From Octopus sinensis (Eukaryota): 64,000 nucleotides of DNA. Location: contig NC_043012.1 in NCBI RefSeq assembly GCF_006345805.1, positions 45,446,001-45,510,000 of the forward strand, given 5' to 3'. Made by a program: the position numbers and the translations under genes. The notes beneath the pieces were generated by a model. That model made no database searches and was not told the DNA's origin. It saw only the letters and a list, made by a program, of their open reading frames with translations. Positions 11,171 to 24,800 of this stretch are shown one piece after another; the first letter of the stretch is position 1, and every line of letters starts with the position of its first letter.

Positions 11171-13465
11171 AATAAGCAGCAAAATTATCCAGAGGTAATG
11201 CAGTACGATCGTTTCAAGCAATTCCATTTAATTGAACACTGAAATCATTACATCAATATAAATGCACACCAATTCTCAACTGCATAAAGATATAGAATTT
11301 AATTAAATTAAAACAGATGGCCACATTAGTATAGTTTTACCTACAATCTCTAAGAAGGTAAGGAAATAGACAAAGAACAAGCTGTTTTCCCTTCAGCTTA
11401 GAAGCTACTAAAGTATCAGGAAGAAAGACTTCTTACAGATTTTGCTTGTCACTCTTTTATGGGGTCACTTTTAATTTATAGACTAGTTTATCAAATCTTT
11501 GTATATATATAAGGCCAAAAGAACAAGGAGTTGTGCCTGCTAGGAAGGGGGATGAGTGAATCGACAGAAATCATAGTGGGTATAGTCATAAAAAACTATC
11601 AAGATTTATTTGAAGCAATATAATGAGAATTGGTAACGGAAATCTTAAATCAAGATATTAACTGACAATTAAAGGAGCAAGCCAACAGTAGACCATTGAT
11701 AACGAAACTGGGGAAATCTTATCATGTTATACTATAGTAAAATATTTTAAACAATATTATCATATTGTATAAAGTTAAAGATTAGAATATTACAACCAAA
11801 GGATAACATTTTTTTAATAATTTGAGTATATACCAACATTTTAGCACAATAGAGGGAGGAAAAGAAATTTCATAGATATAGCTTAATATTTATACATATT
11901 ATATATCTAAATAACTTATTAGATGGTATCTAATTGATCAATTGGATTTTACTCGTATTTAATAAAGGAGCACTGAGGCTAAAGAACATATTAAATATAT
12001 ACTAATTAAATTAAATTAAATTATTTTAAGTTGTGGAGATACAGGTATTGTATGAATTTATAAGTATGAATTTATAGGGGTACAAAAATTAAATTTATTA
12101 AAAGCTATTATAAAATAATAAAATGATCATGTAGGTTAGAGCCTCATAGAAAAGGAGTAAAGATAGCCCAATCATTAAAACAATAATAAAGTATATATAC
12201 CTTATTCACATCAATAGAGAAGATTTACAGAAAAAGTATAATAATTTCAGTGTTATGAACTAAAAGTTGTTTATTTACTTATTTTGTTTATTTCAATCAA
12301 GACTGATACCCGGTATTAGTTAAAAGAATATTGATGTTATAGGACATACTAATTATATACTAATTTTAAATTAAGAGGTATAATATGGGTTTTAAAAGTT
12401 ATTAGTGTTAATCTGTATATGCTATTACAGTTTCTTAGGGGTATTTAATTTGAAGGGCTACTTGTATAAAGGCCAATATAAATACTAAGATCAGGAGGGT
12501 GGAACGCTTTAAGAAAGGGATAAAAAACTTAGTTACTAAAACTATTTTAAACAATATATCCATATTGTATAAAGTTAAAATTTAGGGTTAACAAGAAGAT
12601 TTAACGTCGAGGCGAAATAACGAATTAACTATATATTAATTAAATTATAATCTAAGCAGTTTAATTTTAAGCTGTGAAGATATTGTTTTATATAAGCTAA
12701 GTATGAATTTATAAGGGGAACAAAATTTAGGTTTATCTCAAAGCAATTATAAAGTATTAAACAAATATTAAAATGTTCAGGTAGGGTAGAACACCATAGA
12801 AAAGGAATAAAATAACTTAATCATTAAAACTATGATGAAGTATATATACAGCTAGCTTAGTAACATCAATAGAAACGACTTATAGAAAATGTGTATCTAA
12901 AACTAAAAATTGTATATTTACTTATTTAGCTTGTATCTATAAAGACTGATACCTGATATTAACTAAAGTAATGTTGATATTGTAGGACATGCTAACTATA
13001 TACTAAGTTTAAACTAAGAGGTATATTATAGGTTTTAAATCACAAGATCAATAAAGGGCTACTTTCGAAAATATTTAAAGGTACGGGTGACTCTATGTAC
13101 ACATGATACCCTAAGGTCTAATCGATTATTAATCAGGTTGCCTTTATCTTTATGTTTAAAATTTCATGTTTCCATAGAGCACAGTTCACACCCATATCTG
13201 CTATAAGGCTGTGCTTTTCATATTATTTCCCATTTGAGACTAAACCCAATTCCACTTTCCTTTGTCTATTTTCTTACTTTCTTGGAGATTTTAGATAAAG
13301 TTATACTAATGTGTCCATCTGTTTTAATTTAATCAAATTCTATGTCTTTGTGCAGCTGAGGATTGCTCTGCATTTAAATTGATATAATGATTAGATTCTT
13401 TAATTAAACGGAGTTGCTTGGAACGATCTTACTGAATTACCTCTGGATATTCTTGGTGCTTATTT
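11171..13465. other. AT-rich composite block: inverted repeats of about 215 bp (11171-11385 and about 13250-13465) around a diverged direct duplication (about 11741-12460 vs 12530-13060); origin unknown
   Basis: Manual alignment: 30 substitutions in 204 nt between the inverted arms; 12 of 15 differences in one aligned stretch of about 100 nt of the direct repeat are transitions. Confidence 0.75.
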
Positions 13466-13624
13466 TGATTTTAATCACTTGATTTTGAAATTGTATGGAT
13501 AATGTACTAAATTCTAGTGCCTCAACTTAAGTATCATATTCATCTGAATATATATATATATACACACGATCAGAAAATGGAGGAAAGAAAACAAATAGAA
13601 GTGTATCTTTGGTGCTAAAAAGCC

Positions 13625-14892
13625 ATTAGTAACAAGGCAAGTGGCCGCTGGTCTGCGTGATTCATTGAATACACGGCGCTCGCCTGAATTTGACGGTCTC
13701 TGTCTTAAACACCGGACGCATATATAATAGTCAGTTTAGAGTTAACTAATTTGCATTCGTTCTCACCCACTTTTTATGACAGGCTCGACGAAAAAGAAGT
13801 GTCGAAAGTGTATTGATGAGCACTTACCATATGGTTTTATCAAGAATTCTACAGAACCAAAACAGCCCTTTTGTCTCATGTGTCGTCAATCTTTGTCCAA
13901 TGAAGACATGAAACCCTCTCCACTCTCTGACCACATGAGAAGAAAACACCCCGAAAAAGTCGGTAAGCCTATCAAATATCTAAAAATCATTATTTAAGAA
14001 ACAGACAAAAATTAATGACGGTGGACTAATTGCTTCCTACAAAATCGCAGAGATTATTGCAAAATCATGCTGTGCACATACGGTAGCTGAAAAGATTATT
14101 GTGCCTGCAGTAGAAGCTGTAATACCAGAATGTATTAATCAAGATCCTTCATATATCATTAAAGCTCTGCCTTTGAGTAATGATTCTATCCGAAGGAGAA
14201 TTGATGAAATGTCAAGTCATGTCGAAGATTTACTAATTCAAAGATTGAAAACAACCATCTGTCTGTCTTGAAAAATGATTTAGAAAGCAGATTTGCCGAT
14301 TTATTTAACTTTACTATTCAGCCATTCGATTTTGATCCTCACAGTGCATACGAAAATCGCCAGGAGGAGGTCGTCGCGATGAAATTTAATGATGAATTTC
14401 AAATTAAGTAAAAAAAAAGAAAGATTGTCCGAATGTTGGCAATCAGACACTGTAAAATTACTATATCCAAATTTGTGGTCATAAATGTCGAAAATACTTT
14501 TGTGTTTACCGACATCCTATCTTGTCGAAACTGGATTTAGTACTGTCAATCACATTTTGCGAAAGGAAAGAAACACATTTGACTTTAGTTCACATGGATT
14601 TACTCCTATCAGCTTGAGTAGCATTAAGCCTGGTATTGAATTGTTAGCGGACCATCACCAATCTCAGGGCTCACACTAGTTAGTCCTTTTCTACATTTAA
14701 ATTTAGAATGACGTTTTATTCTAATTCGTTTTTCTTTTGCATTTACATGTACAACATTTTTCTAGTGTTGATTGGTCGTAACTACATTATATTTAATATT
14801 TTTTCATCATCGTTTGGTGGCCGATTATCAATTAGCTTACGTCAAAAATAACTTTCAGGGAGCGATGGCCAGGAAAAGTTTGAGAACCACTG
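13625..14892 (+). mobile_element. Internally deleted, decayed hAT (Buster/Charlie, ZBED5-like) DNA transposon
   Basis: BED-finger-like KCRKC..YGF..QPFCLMC..LSNEDMKPS.L..H...KHP, then SYKIAEIIAK..HTVAEKII.P, LPLSNDSIRRRIDEMS and LPTSYLVETGFS. The right TIR GAAAAGTTTGAGAACCACTG ends at 14892 and is followed by GTATAGAC (nnnTAnnn). Left TIR not found. Confidence 0.88.
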
Positions 14893-16569
14893 GTATAGAC
14901 CTTTGTAATTTATGATCTATGCTTTTTGATTTTAATTCATATATATGTTCAGAAAGATATGCAACATGAAAGCTTTTCATGTCAGAAGAGAAATTTTTAT
15001 GTGAGTAGAATGTTTTTTTAGTTTTCTTCTGTAGATCATCAGGATAAAATTTAATGTTGCTATGTGTTCAATTCTCTCTCTTCTTATCTTTCTCTGTTTC
15101 TCACTCCTTTCTCCGGCTTTTTAGACTCATTTTATCTTCCTCTGCTTATTGTTTTCTTATTACGTATCACTCAAAATACTTATAAAATGCATCTTCGTCT
15201 ACGCTACTCTAGACGCTAATTCCAGTTACACACGAAACATGAAATGTAGAGTTACAAACAACCACGCTGTTTAAACGTACGTAGGAACTTGAAATATAAA
15301 GTTGTGTTCATCGTAATTTCTCTTACATTTATTCTTTATCATAATTATTAATACTCCTAAGTATAATGCTTCCCTAACCACTATACTGGAAGACACAGAA
15401 CGATAATAATCTAAGTGGAGCTCTCAACTTAACGGTAGCAGCCGTACAATGCATTTGTGAATAAAAAATAACATAAATATATTGTAATAATAAATATGAA
15501 TACATATACCTAAGTATATTGCAATGTAGATTGCAGGGAAAATTTGGCTGGCGATAGAAAAGTTGTTTTGGCCTTAGTTACCATCCAGTGATTTATCTGA
15601 TTATCCAATGCATTCATCTTTTTATTAAGATTTAAACGGTTTGAGGAACATTTAGACACCACTTACAGGTTTCCTTACTCTTTTCTATTGATGACATTGC
15701 TTCAGTTCACCTACTGCCATATCAAACATTCCACCAAACAAAAATATAAACATGTTTTTACACATCCCTTAAATCTAGGGTGACTATATGGCATTGAATA
15801 AGTAAAACATTGATTGAATAATTATTGGTTCAGAATTTAACAAATTTTTGATAGTTTAATTAACTCACAATTAATTTATTGCTTTCAGTGTTTAGATTAA
15901 TTCTGCTTGGTGAATTTGCATTTCTTTCATTGTAAAACAGAAAATACGGCTTTAAGCCTGTGTATTAAATCGAATACTATTCAGTAATTTTTCTGCGTGT
16001 CCTACACTTGAAATAATTTTGTATCCATCAATTTCTTATCCATCTCCTTCCTTGATTCCAAATACATCTTCCTGCCAAATAAGAATGATAAATTTCGGTG
16101 AAATTCCGCTGAATGCGGTTGAGTAAAAATGAAATCTCACTTCTAGCAAGTAGTGGAACATTAATCAAGTAATCAAAGAACAGATTGATATACAGTAGGA
16201 ACGAAACATAATTCATAGCGAATATATCAGAAGCAGCTCCGTGACTAATTTATTTGCAGTTAGTTTGGCACAATTTCAAATCCATTATTTATTGCAAGAG
16301 ATTTCGATTCCAACAGAGATGTTCTACTTATTTCAACTCATAGCAGCAAATAAATCATGGTACTCGCAGTGGTAAACATTAAGTAAACCAAGTTCCACAA
16401 TAGCATATATTTTCAGACTGTTTTTGTAACGTAAGCAGAAATAAAACATACGTGATCAACTCTCAACTGAAATTTTTAAGAAGAGATAAAATTAACTTAC
16501 AATCCACGCTTCGCCGTTTTATTTATCTCTCTAGTTTCATTTTTCTCACATTTTCTGTTTCTCATTATA

Positions 16570-17480
16570 CTGAGTTGGCAACTAAGTTTCCGCTGTTATT
16601 TTAAATGTAAATTATTTAAAAGGTTTAATAAAACATAACAACTCATTAATCAATAATGTACTCACATTTGTTGTTTACAACTTCTTCCCAATGTTCAATA
16701 GGATTTTCAATAACTCGTTGGTAGAAATCACCCGATTTCGGCTCGAAAAATTGATTCAACCAAGCTCTCAATTCTGTATCAGTTCTGAACGAAACTCCGC
16801 GCATAGCATTTGAAAGAGATCGAAAGAGGTGGAAATCAGTTGGTGCCAAAATGGGAGAGTACGGTGGGTGTGGCAAAACTTCCTAGCCCTGCGTTTGAAT
16901 GGCTTCCTTGGTGATATGAGGGCCGGCGTTGTCGTGCAGCAGGACTCCATGCTGCTGATTAGGACTTTTCTCTTTGAATAGCCGTGTTGCGTCGTTCCAT
17001 CTGTTGAACATAGAGTTCCGCGTTGACCGTTCGGTTCCGTTCAAACAATTCGTAATGGATAAATCCCTTCCCAGCCCCACCATACGCACAACATCATTTT
17101 ATGCGGATGAAGATCTTGTTTCACGCGCGGTGTCGCTTGTTTCCTTACGCTGCTTCATATTGATGTACAGGAACCATTTTTCGTCGCAAGTAACGATTCG
17201 GTAAAGAAATCGTTGCTTCTGTCCATGAGCTGAGCGGTGAGGAGCAAGCAAACCAGCGGAGATTGTGGCTCGTTGATTTTTGTTGTCACTTAAAGCATGC
17301 AGAACCATTGTACCATACTTCTGAACCTTTCCTATCGAGTGAAGATACTTCTCTATAGCAGTGTGGGAGCATTCCATTTTCTCTGCCTTGTCGTTTGACG
17401 CGAATTTTCGTGCAAAAGTTGGTTTCAGCTATGGCACCCTCTCCATACACAGTACAAGTTTCCCGAGCAGTATTTATGGC
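16570..17480 (-). mobile_element. Decayed mariner (D,D34D) transposon, 5'-truncated
   Basis: RIVTCDEKWFLY, LLHDNAGPH and HPPYSP.LAPTDFHLFRSL motifs. TIR-like CTGAGTTGGCAACTAAGTTTCCGCTG at 16570-16595 follows a TA. Confidence 0.9.
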
Positions 17481-17769
17481 CTTAGAACGTTGATTAAAAG
17501 CAAAGAGAAGGACATGTCAAAAATACTCGTCTTTCTTAACTTGGCATTCCATTTTAATTATCTGAAAATATACAAAAATTAACTAAAATTAACTAGAAAA
17601 TAGTTTGATTTTTTTCTAGTTAATTATATATATATATATATATATATATGAATGCCTTCTTTTATGCGCACATATACATATACAAAAGTATTTTCTTAAC
17701 AACAGTTCAACTCAAATTATTCAACTAAAAATTTCACAGATCCAAAGGTATATCGTCTTTTGTTGGATC

Positions 17770-19450
17770 CTCTAGCACGGAGTGGCAAATGGATCATTGG
17801 TCCTTAATAAGTTTGATTGCCACTTATGTTGAAGAAATGTTACCATTCGTTATATCGGGTCGCTTGATAGAATTGATAGGTTTTCAAGAGATAACTTTAG
17901 GGGATACACCTCTGGAAGGAATTGTAAGGTGGTGGTTGCTAATTCTATTCTATAAATTTTGACTGTGTAACTTCGTTCTTGTATTTAGTGGCAAACGACA
18001 GCTTCACCGATAAGGTGTCTGGAAGTTCGACAATCCGAGAAAAAGTCGTCCGCTTGCCTTGGGAAAAGCTAGAATCAAACACTTAAGAATTCTAGCACTA
18101 GCAAAGATACCAAATCCTAACTAGTCAACCGGTCAAAGAGCTGTTGATAAAAGCTAGCAACTTGGAACGCTCAAAGTATTGTGCATCCATTATGGAATCA
18201 TACCCAAACTGCAGCGGATATTTTTACCTTACGACTTCTTTCATGACTCAAGTAGAGGCAGTGGAAAGGCTGTACAGTAAGTTTGTGCGAAGGTAACTGG
18301 ACGTTCCCCCAAATTTCAGCTCAGTCAATATGTACAGTATGATCACTAAGCTCTGCCAACAAATTACATTAGTGGTAGAAGAATTCAAAGACGCAAAGAC
18401 GAGAGTAATCATCACATTGCTTCTCTCTGAGACACTAACAAGACAATAGAATGTGGCAGAAAATGAAAAGTTCAGGAAGTTGTAAAGGAAGCAGAACCAT
18501 ACAGGAAATACCAGGATATATTTTTGGACTAGTCTGTCAAGGATTGTTAGGACTTGGCAATGGCAGCACCAATGCTGGGTGCAGGAAACAGTTTACAGTA
18601 GAAAGGATCCGTGTTTCAATTCAGACGGCTCGAAGTGTGAAAGCAGTTGGGCTTGTCTACTAGGTTAATGGATTCTGTAGAAGCAGGCTGCTGAGCGCAC
18701 ATTGTTCTGGAAGGATCTCTGCAGCACTGACCGGGAATACTGTCCTTCCAATTTCTTTCTCCCACAGATGTCTTGCCAACCTCAAATAACCTTAAAATAT
18801 TGAGTAAGTAAAACAACTGATTCTACTTTTTGCACCCTGAACCAAATTTCGACCGGATGTTCTAGGACACTAAGGGAAGCCCGATTCAAGTGGAAACATG
18901 ACAAGGTTCTTACAGAAATTGCCAAATAGACTAATCTGGAAAGGGTGAAGGCTAATAAACATTAGCTACCTTCACAAAAGTAACAAATTCCTAAATAAAT
19001 GTGACAAAGCTCCCAAAGAGAAACCTATGAAAGTGGACACATTTTCTATTTTCAGTCTTAGAAGGGAAGCTGCAAATGAAAGTGTGGGAGTGACTTGTCT
19101 TCCCTGAGGAGATAGTGTTAACATCATATCATCCAGACATGGTCCTGCTTTCCTGGAATAAAAACACAATCATCGTCGTCGAACTTAAAGTGTCATAGGA
19201 GAACAAATTCGATGCTTCTCACCCCAAGTTACCTAATGAAAATATCAGGATTTATGCGCTTTTTCCTGCAGAAGGTAAGTATGGAATCCAGACAGCTAAA
19301 GGAAATAATAACGGAAATAGGTAAGGCAGAATCTAGCACAAGATGGTTATGGTCGATAAGAGACCAGAGGTGGATCGATCTCGTAGGTGATGTCTAGTTA
19401 AGTCCTCGCTGCCACACTCGGGTGAAGCGTACAAACTAATATAAGAAGCA
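17770..19450 (+). mobile_element. Decayed RLE-type non-LTR retrotransposon (HERO/NeSL/R4-like group)
   Basis: Fragments in order: EK...CLGK, VVEEFKDAKTR, DVLPTSNNL, RFKWKHDKVL and HPDMVL...IIVVELKV (PD..D/E.K endonuclease); many stops. Confidence 0.7.
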
Positions 19451-19589
19451 CTTGTAACCCTGGGTTACCTGATGACTATAGGGGAGGTTTTCCAACATTG
19501 CAATGGATTTAGACGAGGTTACAAACTTCTGTGTTGTTGCAGTTTCTGAGATGGGTAAAGTATCCCTGATGTTTTATCCCCATCCCCTT

Positions 19590-19790
19590 TTCACCGAGCT
19601 GAGACCGTAAATGGAATTAAAAAACGCACTGGGGCATATTTTTCGGTTATTTAAATTTTGAGTTCAAGTTAATTACTGTCGTTCATATTTTCAGAGTTGA
19701 TGAAATAAAGTAAGAGTCAAGTAATAGAGCGATGGTATTGACTAACCTCTCCTCTTAAAGTGCTGGCCTTGTGTCTAAGTCAGATTCTGT
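19590..19790 (+). mobile_element. Old decayed SINE (same family as 28776 and 51357)
   Basis: TTTGAGTTCAA B-box remnant and a GTGCTGGCCTTGTGTCTAA tail similar to other copies. Confidence 0.45.
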
Positions 19791-21389
19791 TACTGAGCTT
19801 TGCTTTTTGCAAGAATGTGTGTTTGTGTGCTTGTGTGTGAGTGTGTGTGTGTGTGTGTAAATGGTGCATGTGTACGTGCGCTCATGTTTTATGTTGAGAG
19901 TAATAGGATGTTACAGATGAATATGGCGAGAGTGTGCTTCAAACTATATTACTTCACATGCTGGTGGACACCCATGTTTGGAGGGGGAATTGGGATGTAC
20001 TGTTAATTATTGTGACCATGCATTTTTTGCTACATTCAGTAATCAATCACACGATATCAACATTAATAAATGATTTGGACACATTTTCTCGAATCAAGAA
20101 GTTTGGAAGTGAAAGTTAACCTCGGCACAATTTGAATTGAGAAAATCTAAGCCAGACAAATTACCACACGTCACTTATTCAACGCGTAGCTACTATGTAA
20201 ACTTTATGTGATTCCACCCGCGGCTAAATGAGCGAATTTTGTTATATTTTTAGGAAAAATATTACCGTGTTATCATCATTTGTTTGCTATAAAAACAATT
20301 CATATTTTGATTATTCTAATCATTTATTAGCAATACCTTCCCTATATATTTCCTGTTCAAATACTGCCTGCCGCAGTTTAATTTTGTCCTTCTGCTGTCG
20401 ATAAATTAAGTGATCAGAAAACACTGATGTTTGCATAATAGTCTATTTCCCTTACGTACAAAATCTGGTCTTCTATCTATGATAGAGATCGAAATTCGTG
20501 GTCGCGAAAGTCGATAAATTGGTGGTCACAATGTATTATGTTGTTTAGTGAAATTCCATTGCGTTCAAATAAATTTGCTCTTAGCATTATCTTTGATCCC
20601 TTAGTGGCCGAAATAATTAATGCCCAGTAAAATATCAGCAGCAATGTAATCGACTACCGTCCTCCACCAAAATGTGTAAAACTGCAGCTAGTTTAAACCT
20701 CAATATATCTATTATGGGCGCAAGCCCACAATAAGAGAAATAATGATTAACTATCAAATATATATTTCGGTAACTTGTACTTATTTCATTGACGAAGAAA
20801 TTTTAAAATATACAAACGATAGATAATGTCGGAAAAATGACTTATATAAAGTAAAGCAATTCACAATATTAACATAAAAGTTAATTCAAGTAGGCAGTAA
20901 TAAAGATTATTCCATGCAAATTCCTGCACGATACATTGTATTATAAGAGAGAGAGAGAGAGAGGGAGAGAGAGAGAGAGGGAGAAAGAGAGAATGAGTAA
21001 CAAAAAGAGGGGGAAATTTTAAAGAGAAACTGGAAAATATTTAACTGGAAGATTGGGATGTCACAAAATATTTCACAATGTTTCTGTACCTCGTTCTATC
21101 ACTCAATCGTATTCATCTCATTTAATTTCAGTGTTTTTTCATTCAGGTGTATTATTCATTCCTTTCATTCGAAAATCCTAAACAAAGCGAGAAACCTCTT
21201 AGTGTAAGGGACTATGAAGAAAAAAAAAATTAAGATCAGGAAAGAGGAAACAATGAGATGGAAGAGAGTTCCAAAGTGTGGCATTTCGAGGGAAAATGTT
21301 CCGACTTTACGTGGACTTCTCCATACATGGAAGCATAACAATATTTTGATGACACTGTGAGTTTCGAGTGAGGCAAGATAACATAAAGA

Positions 21390-21850
21390 GATGTGGAATT
21401 AAGAACTAAAGTTCATCAGAGTACTTCTTGTGGTAATAACAAGAGAAACGACTAAAAGTGGCGACGCCACGTCGATGTGACAAAGGTTGAAGCAAGAGAA
21501 GGACCAAATTAGAGAATCGCTTTTGAACCCGATCGAGGAGAGACGAATAACAACCATTTGCTATGCAGCCCTGCCAACTAGTTGTGTGTAAGAACCCCAA
21601 GAAAAGTAAGGTGAGAAGGGAAGCGTAAGCAGTTTCGAATATGACCTCTCCCCAGGTGCTTTGTGTATCTCACCATGTGATACCGCAGACCTATACTTAA
21701 AATTCATACCAATCGGAAGAAGATGGGGACCCCGCTGAGTTTGGTCTTGACAAGATTGAAATTTACTACACAATTCTCGCCCCATTTCCTATCAGCCTGT
21801 AGATCGACTTGGAATGTATTTGGAATGACGCACAAATTTTGTTAAGTTTT
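21390..21850 (-). mobile_element. Decayed L2/CR1-group LINE RT C-terminal fragment
   Basis: LLDRVQKR...LQPLSHRR.VA..S.F..YYH..S.EL motif (ORF 21406-21600). Confidence 0.7.
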
Positions 21851-24800
21851 ATTTGCGAAATAGTGACATTGTTGGAAGACAAAGCATAGAACTTACTATA
21901 ATGACATCTGCTGTTCTAAAGTAATTTTAAGAAACAGGAAAACTCGCTTACAGAACGATTACATGAAAAACAGTTTCCTCATTTTGTGCGCAATGAGCAA
22001 ACTGAGGCCACTTCCAAACCAGCATAATAATCCTGCATAGTAATGAAATCCGTTAGTAAGGAATTTCTGAAGTTATTTATAATTCCTGAGTTGAAAATAA
22101 TTCGGAGTAGACCATCCAGTTGAGTTTTATCAATCTCCAAAGGTTTCCAGTGACCATCGTTTCTTCCTTCGGTTCCCCACGTCTTCTGTATCTATAGCAA
22201 GTCTTCGAGAAAATCGTAGTATCCCGTATTATGGCCAGCATATAATGTAGAGCCGAACGTTGCAGCATTGAGGCCTTTCCCCAAAGCATTATAATAGATG
22301 AAGTGTACATTCATAAAATGGTTTGAACAAAGAAATGGCTTATGCTTAATTCTTAGGAAATAAATCGATACAGGTTTGTTGAAAAGTTTTACCGTTGAAG
22401 TTATAGTCATTCTTTTTCAGGAAAGATACTCATTGACAAGAAAATGAAAGAGAAGAAAAGAAAAACAAAGACAGTTATTGAGGACGAAGTAAGCAATCTT
22501 TTATCTAGAAAGAAATATAGCTTGAAGGATTAACAAGGAACATCTGATCGATACACTGATATTAATATATAAAAAGAGAGAATATCAAAATATTGGAAAA
22601 ACTGTTCCGTTACACCTGATTAAACCAAACACGTTCCACAGACCACGCATAACGAATTGCGTATTCCTTAAGCCATATTTGACATCCATTGTGAAAATAT
22701 CTTTCTAAAGAAAATTCTGAATAGCAGTTCACTATCGCAGTATACGTCGTAGATGTCAGATGATGTTTGTCGCATATATGATAGTTGTAATAATAATAAA
22801 TGCATAAATATATGCGTTCGACATTACAAATTGGAGTAAAAGGACTCAATACACAAACTAGAATTTATATAAATATATAAGTATGCAAATATGCATGTAT
22901 GTATGTATATACGTATGTATGTCATTATTCAGTTTTATTTCAAGATCTCTTGCCGATTGACAAAGAGCCGGTTTCTAATCTAGATCCAAGTCTTCTTCAT
23001 TGGAATTTCAACATCGACAACAGGGTATTTATGTTTGTATGTATGAATGTAAGTATATGTGCAAATTTGTATGTTTTGTTTTATGTATGCATTCTCATGT
23101 TTTGTTTTAGGTATGTATTCTTCATACCTAGACTTGCTCATATATATATATGTTCAAATGAAAGACTTGTAAGTTTTACAGATTTTTACAGTTCCAGTAA
23201 TGGATTGGATCTGTAGACTTCGAATTAGCTTTCTCTTTTCTGGTTTTAAGTAGCCTAATTTCTCAAGATTGGTATTTAGTCAGAGTGTTACATATCCCAG
23301 GGCCCCAATAATTACAGATATAAATCTGAACTTGTAATCTGGTTCTAGTAACTACAGATTTCTCAATACTTCAGGGTAGGTATTCTCTTTTTCACTGATC
23401 TTCAGCTTTATGTTAACATCCGCTGGGCAGCTAATTTCCACAACTGTACACTCTTTCTCTTCTCAATCCTAAACCATTATATTAGGTCTCTTGTGCTTAC
23501 ATTTTATTATGAGTGGCTATGGCTTCTACCATACTGTGGGTTATCCTAGCTACAATATCATGTCATATCTCTAGATAATACCGTGATGATATTTTCGTTC
23601 AACTGTGGATGATATTCGCAGTGTTAACTGACAAAGTCTGCGTCAGTTGTCACATTTCACTGCTTTTCCTGCATTTTTATCCATTTTGTTCATCAGGTAT
23701 TTGGTTGATATTTCTTGATCCTGGATTGCAAGCACATGCCCTCCAGAATGGGAGGTAATATGTATGAATGTATGTATGTATGTATGTATGTATGTATGTA
23801 TGTATGTATGTATGTATGTATGTATGTATGTATGTATGCATGTATGTATATTTGTGTGTGTGTATAATTTTCCATATGTGCCTATACCTATGTGTCGATA
23901 CGTGTGTGCATGCGTGTGTATGTGTGTGTGCTTGTATGGAAGCGGAAAACGAAAATTGGTAATGGAAGAAACTCAGAGCCATCTCCGAATAAATAAATTC
24001 TACTTAACACACGCACACACACAAACACACATACACACACACATACACACTCAAACACACACACGCACATATATATGCATGTATGTAACTATATATGTAA
24101 TATACTCTAGGATGTGGAAACACTAAATCTCCATCTTTGTGAACTGTCTCGATAAAACTGACGTGTTATTTATAGACAGTTGAATTGAAATCTAAGCATG
24201 TATATGTATACACTCATAGAGAACAGACAGGCAAATGGCTAGCCATACACATAAACAATGAAGCAGACCGACATGGTGCTATATACATCTGCTACACTGG
24301 AATTGATTAGTTAATTGGTAAGCACTTCGGTGGCTTGCAAAAGTTTGGAATGATTATTGATTTTACATATTTTCGACGCTGAATCCATATGATAACTAAC
24401 ACTGGGATACTAGAATAATAGGCCGGAATATAGTTCATATTTATCATGTTGAATTTATTATTTACCAGTCTGATATTATCCAAATAGTTTTGAAGATTCG
24501 GTTTATAACATGCATCTGCCATTCATTATTTCCGTCTAGAATTCCAAGTAGCGATAAAAATTCCCTCACACAGACGCCGTATTTTCAAAATCAAGTATTT
24601 TCAAAATCAAATTTCCAAAATCAGAATCATAACTGGTCTGTTGATCATTGATTTTGTAGCATAAAAAGTAATTGTCTGAAGTTAAAACATCGAAAAGAAC
24701 TATGAAATATTCCAGAACTGAGAAAGAGTTATGGCAATTGATTATGATTATTTCAACTCAGTATACTTAAGTGTAGATCATTAGTAATTAGTATTTATCA

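Noticed and set aside
11480-11700. Minus-strand peptide WLAPLIVS*YLDLSFP...LYP...FLAG resembling COX1
   Set aside because: Alignment needs about 25 residues of gaps and contains a stop; upstream and downstream COX1 motifs are not found in frame. Kept only as part of the unresolved 11.2-13.5 kb block.
12590-13120. Short matches to mitochondrial 16S/12S rRNA motifs (AACGTCGAGG, ATACCCTAAGG, GTACACAT)
   Set aside because: Spacing and order do not fit an rRNA gene; the matches are short in AT-rich DNA.
19469-19475. CTGATGA in the 3' region of the HERO-like relic
   Set aside because: No downstream GAAA or stem architecture.
21990-22410. Several 60-80 codon open frames on the minus strand
   Set aside because: No recognisable domain, stops in all frames over the full span, and no consistent splice structure.
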